This document shows, one piece after another, positions 59,701 to 64,000 of a stretch of DNA of 64,000 nucleotides. Under the pieces are notes generated by a model that saw nothing but the letters and a program-made list of their open reading frames with translations, made no database searches and was not told the origin of the DNA. The position numbers and the translations under genes were made by a program. The stretch is taken from assembly GCA_051294375.1 (NCBI GenBank), contig CM119270.1:1834091-1898090 (forward strand), given 5' to 3'. The stretch is from Paraspadella gotoi (Eukaryota > Animalia > Chaetognatha). Each line of letters starts with the position of its first letter. The stretch's first letter is position 1.

Positions 59701-62700
59701 GTAATCAATGTATTTATAATCTTAAAAGGCAAAATGTTATAAAAAAGGCATATTTAAAATTATTAAGCATTAATTCCATGCCTCTTAAAAACGAATATAC
59801 AACTCAAGTTTGAAACTGATGTGAGCAAAATACTTAAAATGTTTTAATGTATAAAAGCGGTCGAGTTAGGTCTCTCACTGAACCCCCTGTGGGCGAACAA
59901 CTACAACACGCAACCTCGGTCAAACTGGCCCTCGATCGTTTTCTCTCTTTCTCTCTCTCCTGTTATAGACTTAGTGTTAAAGGGTTTATAATAATTTTTG
60001 GTCTGATTGAGCCCTGGCATTTTATTTTTGAAAGCTGCAAATCTATGCTTAAATCTTTAAATTGAATATCTGGCTCTCTACATGGTTTAATAATGAACTA
60101 GTTTTGGTTTTTTTTTTATTAATATCCAAAAAACTATATTAACCAACGTAACGGGTAGTTCAACAATACTCATATAATTCCTCTGAGAACACAGGTATTA
60201 AATGAAGTTTCTAATTTACTTGATATAGGTAATATTAAAGTTTTTATGGACTTGACTGAAGCTGCGTCTCGGCTCTGGCTGCCTGCTGTGTTCTTATTCT
60301 CTGGCAGGCAGCTACTCATATTTCAATGACGTTGGATATTGAATATACTTAGTAATAAAGTTACTATTCACTATATCTTTCTGGTCAATTATGGACTGAG
60401 TTAAATTAAGCTCGTTGGATAAACACGCTCAAAAGATCTCCATCTGAAGCTGTTTATTGTTATTAACTTGTTGAAAAATAAAATCATTCTTAATCTAAAA
60501 ATTGTTGGTTCCACTGCACTATGGTGGGTTTTTAATAAATAGCTTGGAGTTAAGATTAGGAACGAGGCCAGGGTAAGATGGAATCACCAGCTATTACTAT
60601 GGTCTTGGTTAAGAGAGTGTGATAAATTAAAACAATAATTATGTTATGTAAAAAATTAAATAATTTCAAATATATATTTTTTTAATATTATAAAAGAAAG
60701 ATAAATATTATTTCAATATTTAATGTTGATACTGTTCTAATATTTATACTCATTGATGAACATCTCGTTAAAAGTTTCAGTACCTTCATAGTATCATCCA
60801 TACAAGTCGCATATTGTTGGGTGCTTCCTCCACTTGGCGGGAATTAAGTCGAATTGGAGCCTTTTATACTAAAAATTAAATCCTAAAATTAGTATTCAAT
60901 TATCATTTAATTAATCTGTCTGCACAGAGATAGTCAATTAGTGTTAATGTGTTGTATGACAGAGACCGTTCAAATATAAGCAGTACCTGAGCTTCGGATC
61001 AGGCTGTAACAACCGTGTTACAGCGGGTTAAGCCCCGCCCCTCTTAACGCTAGGGCCACCGGGATAGACCCCAGACCTTGTGGGTTGAGCGAAGCGAATG
61101 GACTTGCCCTCCGGCCACCATGGCCACTGGATGAAACGGTTGGTGGATTTTAGTCCACCAGTAATCCCCTCCATCCGTAGGAGAGAGTGCTTTGCGTCTC
61201 TTCAGTGAATGTTGTTGTTGGTAGAAAGTTCATCGAGCCAGAGTTTGAGTGGTATGTCCCTGAAAGTGTTGTTGTTGCTTGTTGTTTCGGAAGTTGGGCC
61301 TCACCAACAAAGGATGACAGTAATTATCTGTTATCATGTTAAATGACTCGAAACGTTCAATAAGTGCAGTCCTGGCTTCGATCAGCTGTAACCACCGGTG
61401 TTACAGGCGGTTAAGCGCCCCGATGCCATCTTAACTGCCTAGGCGGCCACCCGGGCTCGACCCTGACTTTGGGTTGGGGGCGAATACTTGTTGCCCGCAC
61501 CCAAACTGCCAGTGATGAAGCGGTTGGGTTCTATTCGATTTAGAATGGAAGGTGTAATCAGAAACCGTATCTCGAACGATGAAAAAAATTGTAGATGAAA
61601 AAAATGAAGTAGAATGTATCCAAAACTATAAAAAAAATTAACAGTTTTACTCTCAACATATGGTAGCATTAACAGTATACTAGCGCATACACGCGACTAT
61701 AATTTATTGACATCACTACATATGCTATTTTCAGTTTAAAATTTATTTGTTTTCACGGTTTATTCATTTAGCTACTCCAATATATCTATTCATTAATCAT
61801 AAAAAAGTTTGGAGCAAACAATGATAAAGCACCAGATAATTCCTTCAAATAGTGATCCAGTTTGCATTTACATTACACATCAGACGATTCCATCGAATTT
61901 GAAATTGCCAGCTCAATCACCACACAAATTCCAAGTAAATCGCGCCATCCGACATTAATTTGATTAATTAATACATCTTGCATTTACATTTATATAAAAG
62001 AAAAGAAGCATAATCAATTAGTTGCAAACATTTAACTCATTTCACTCAGACGAATATGCATCGATCTTGAATTTCATTTAAATCACACCACTTTCCAACC
62101 GCTCATACAAAAATTTCAAGTCAAAACGCCACCAAGCAATCATGAGTTAATTGCGTTCAAAAGCTAAGGGGGACGGACGGACGGAAGACAGACAGGCATA
62201 ATAAATTTTTTGTATTTCTGACATGATTAAGTGACATAACCGCAGATTGGTAGGGCGGACCGACACGGGATCGACAAAGTGAATTCTAAGCCGGAATCTG
62301 CTGTAAAATAGCTAAATAAGCCTCTTAATAAATATCAATTACTACACACGATATGGTTTTGGAGAGTTTTGAGTCCATATGTTTCCAATTACATAAAAAT
62401 TCATGTCATACCAACAATAATTGTAATAAAATATTGGTTTCTTCAAAGATTAAATCGCTTGGATACATGTTAAAACTAGGACCTATTAAAAGGGAATTGA
62501 AAAAATGAATAAACAAAACGGTAATGCTCAAATGTGTTGCGCCACCTGATGCCTTATCATGTGTATTTACATGACATGAATGTACATGATGTGACTACTA
62601 CTAAAGCGTAGTAAAAATTCTAAATTTAACTTTATGTAAATTTCTAAAAGTCAGGAACAAACACAGATACTATAAACATTTATGATAAAAAAAATTTTAT

Positions 62701-63172
62701 TATAAAATTTGCAGTAGGCCAAGTACTAATCCATAAATTGTTAATTCTTGTCATTAAGTTGGATGCAAATAAAAAAACCTGTATTTTAAGCTGAAAATTA
62801 AATCTGTATATATAAATATGATTGTATAGTGCATCTCATATCACCGATAGTTGATATAGAAAACAGATTTGGGAAACAGTGCTAATTTTTTTAGCATGCA
62901 TTCAAACCATTTAGCTGGTTCATTATTCAAGGAGAAGAATTGTGTGAGGTAAAAAAAAAAAAAATTTAAATAAGAGAAGGTGAGAGGAAGAGGAGGAGAC
63001 CGGGAGAGAGAAAGAAGCGAGAGAGAGAGAGAGAGAGAGAGAGAAAGGGATTAATCCCTTTTAGTNNNNNNNNNNNNNNNNNNNNNNNNNNNNNNNNNNN
63101 NNNNNNNNNNNNNNNNNNNNNNNNNNNNNNNNNNNNNNNNNNNNNNNNNNNNNNNNNNNNNNNNNCCATTCA

Positions 63173-63949
63173 GTTCATCTCCGAGCTATCGTGCTCTCGG
63201 CGAGCCTCTGAAAACTCTCCTCAAGATCCTCTGATTTTTCTCGACAAACTTCGAAGGAACTCGGCGACGTCAGCCTCCCGCTGCAGGGTGAGCTCTCTTG
63301 TTGTTGTTGTTGTTTGTTGTTGTTGTTGTTGTTGTGTTGTTGTTGTTGTTGTGTTGTTGTTGTTGTTGTGTTGTGTTGTTGTTATTTTGTTGCTGTTTTT
63401 GTTGTTGTTGTTGTTGTTTGTTATTGTTGTTGCTTTTTGTTATTGTTGCTGTTTGTTGTTGATTTAGTTTTCGTTGTTGCTGACGAGGTTGAAACTCGGC
63501 GACGTCGTCCTCCAGCATCCGGTGAGTTTGTTGCTGAGTGATTTTGTTTTTGCTGTTTTAGTTGCTGGACTTGATATCGTTGTTATTGTTTCTTGTTGTT
63601 TTTGGTCGTTTTTCTCTCTTCTTGTCGTTTTTTTTTTAGTTCGTTTTCATTTCTTTTCCACTAATTAATTTCTTTCATTTTGTTTCTTTGTTTGATTTAT
63701 CGTCCTTTCCACAAACGCCCCCCCCCCTACCAGATGGCACCCTCAATAACAACAAAAGACAACAATAAAAGAACAACGAAAGAGCCTTCGCCTCGCCTCG
63801 GAGATCCACGCTTCGGTGGCGGCGAACGACGGAGAGATATGCTTTTGTTCCAAAGTTCGCGGAAGTCCGAAGGCGGCGCTCAGGCCGCGGAGAAGTTGGA
63901 TCAAACAAAAGATTCGGCGGCCACCGTCAAGTTCGTCTCGTCTCCTTAA
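63173..63949 (+). CDS. Candidate terminal exons of an unknown + strand gene (63173-63287, 63468-63521, 63734-63949)
   Basis: GC-rich islands with cag|/tag| acceptors and |gtgagc, |gtgagt donors, separated by a (TTG)n intron; open in phase 0; no recognisable domain. Confidence 0.3.
63298..63462. repeat. Degenerate (TTG)n tract
   Basis: Direct inspection. Confidence 0.9.
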
Positions 63950-64000
63950 ATTTTTTAAACAAATTTTTATTCTTTTTTTTTTTTTTTAAATTCAGATTAA

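Larger units (their letters stand above)
15458..61370. other. Multi-kb near-identical duplicated blocks: 15458-19798 ~ 19994-25208 ~ 31520-35533 (partial); 25209-28740 ~ 35534-39045; 29640-31300 ~ 39071-40680 ~ 42675-44200; 40680-41765 ~ 44200-45258; 50070-54160 ~ 57250-61370
   Basis: Colinear matches differing mainly by 1-2 nt indels; block boundaries lie near gaps of exactly 25 N (19969, 31350, 39046, 41779, 56416). Confidence 0.88.

Noticed and set aside
61770-62485. Additional ectodomain exons (e.g. 62422-62482)
   Set aside because: Splice-like sites are present, but the sequence is noisy and no convincing ANF-receptor motif could be read.

Overview
AT-rich, repeat-dense eukaryotic (probably invertebrate animal) draft-assembly DNA with N gaps and long (CT/GA)n, (ATT)n and (TCAA)n tracts. 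The main gene, reconstructed by hand from about 20 short exons on the minus strand (stop at 11911, exons traceable to at least 53626/60870), is a receptor-type guanylyl cyclase. Its parts are the end of an ANF-receptor-like ectodomain (PPDVPYC), one TM helix, a kinase-homology domain, a coiled coil and a class III cyclase domain. The cyclase keeps the metal-binding Asps but has lost the Cys/Asn/Arg/Lys of the complementary half-site, so it looks like an alpha-type half-enzyme. The introns hold two Penelope-type repeat families with inverted arms and minimal hammerhead ribozyme motifs. They also hold DINE-1/Helentron-like elements carrying 18-19 bp satellites, a tRNA-derived repeat, Tc1-like and Mutator-like MITEs and a 1.66 kb foldback. 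Much of 15.4-61.4 kb occurs 2-3 times in indel-riddled copies next to 25-N gaps, most likely long-read gap-filling or haplotype artefacts. There are weak candidates for a Gly-rich 3-exon gene (8511-10824, -) and for + strand terminal exons (63173-63949). Most ORFs in the supplied track are spurious.
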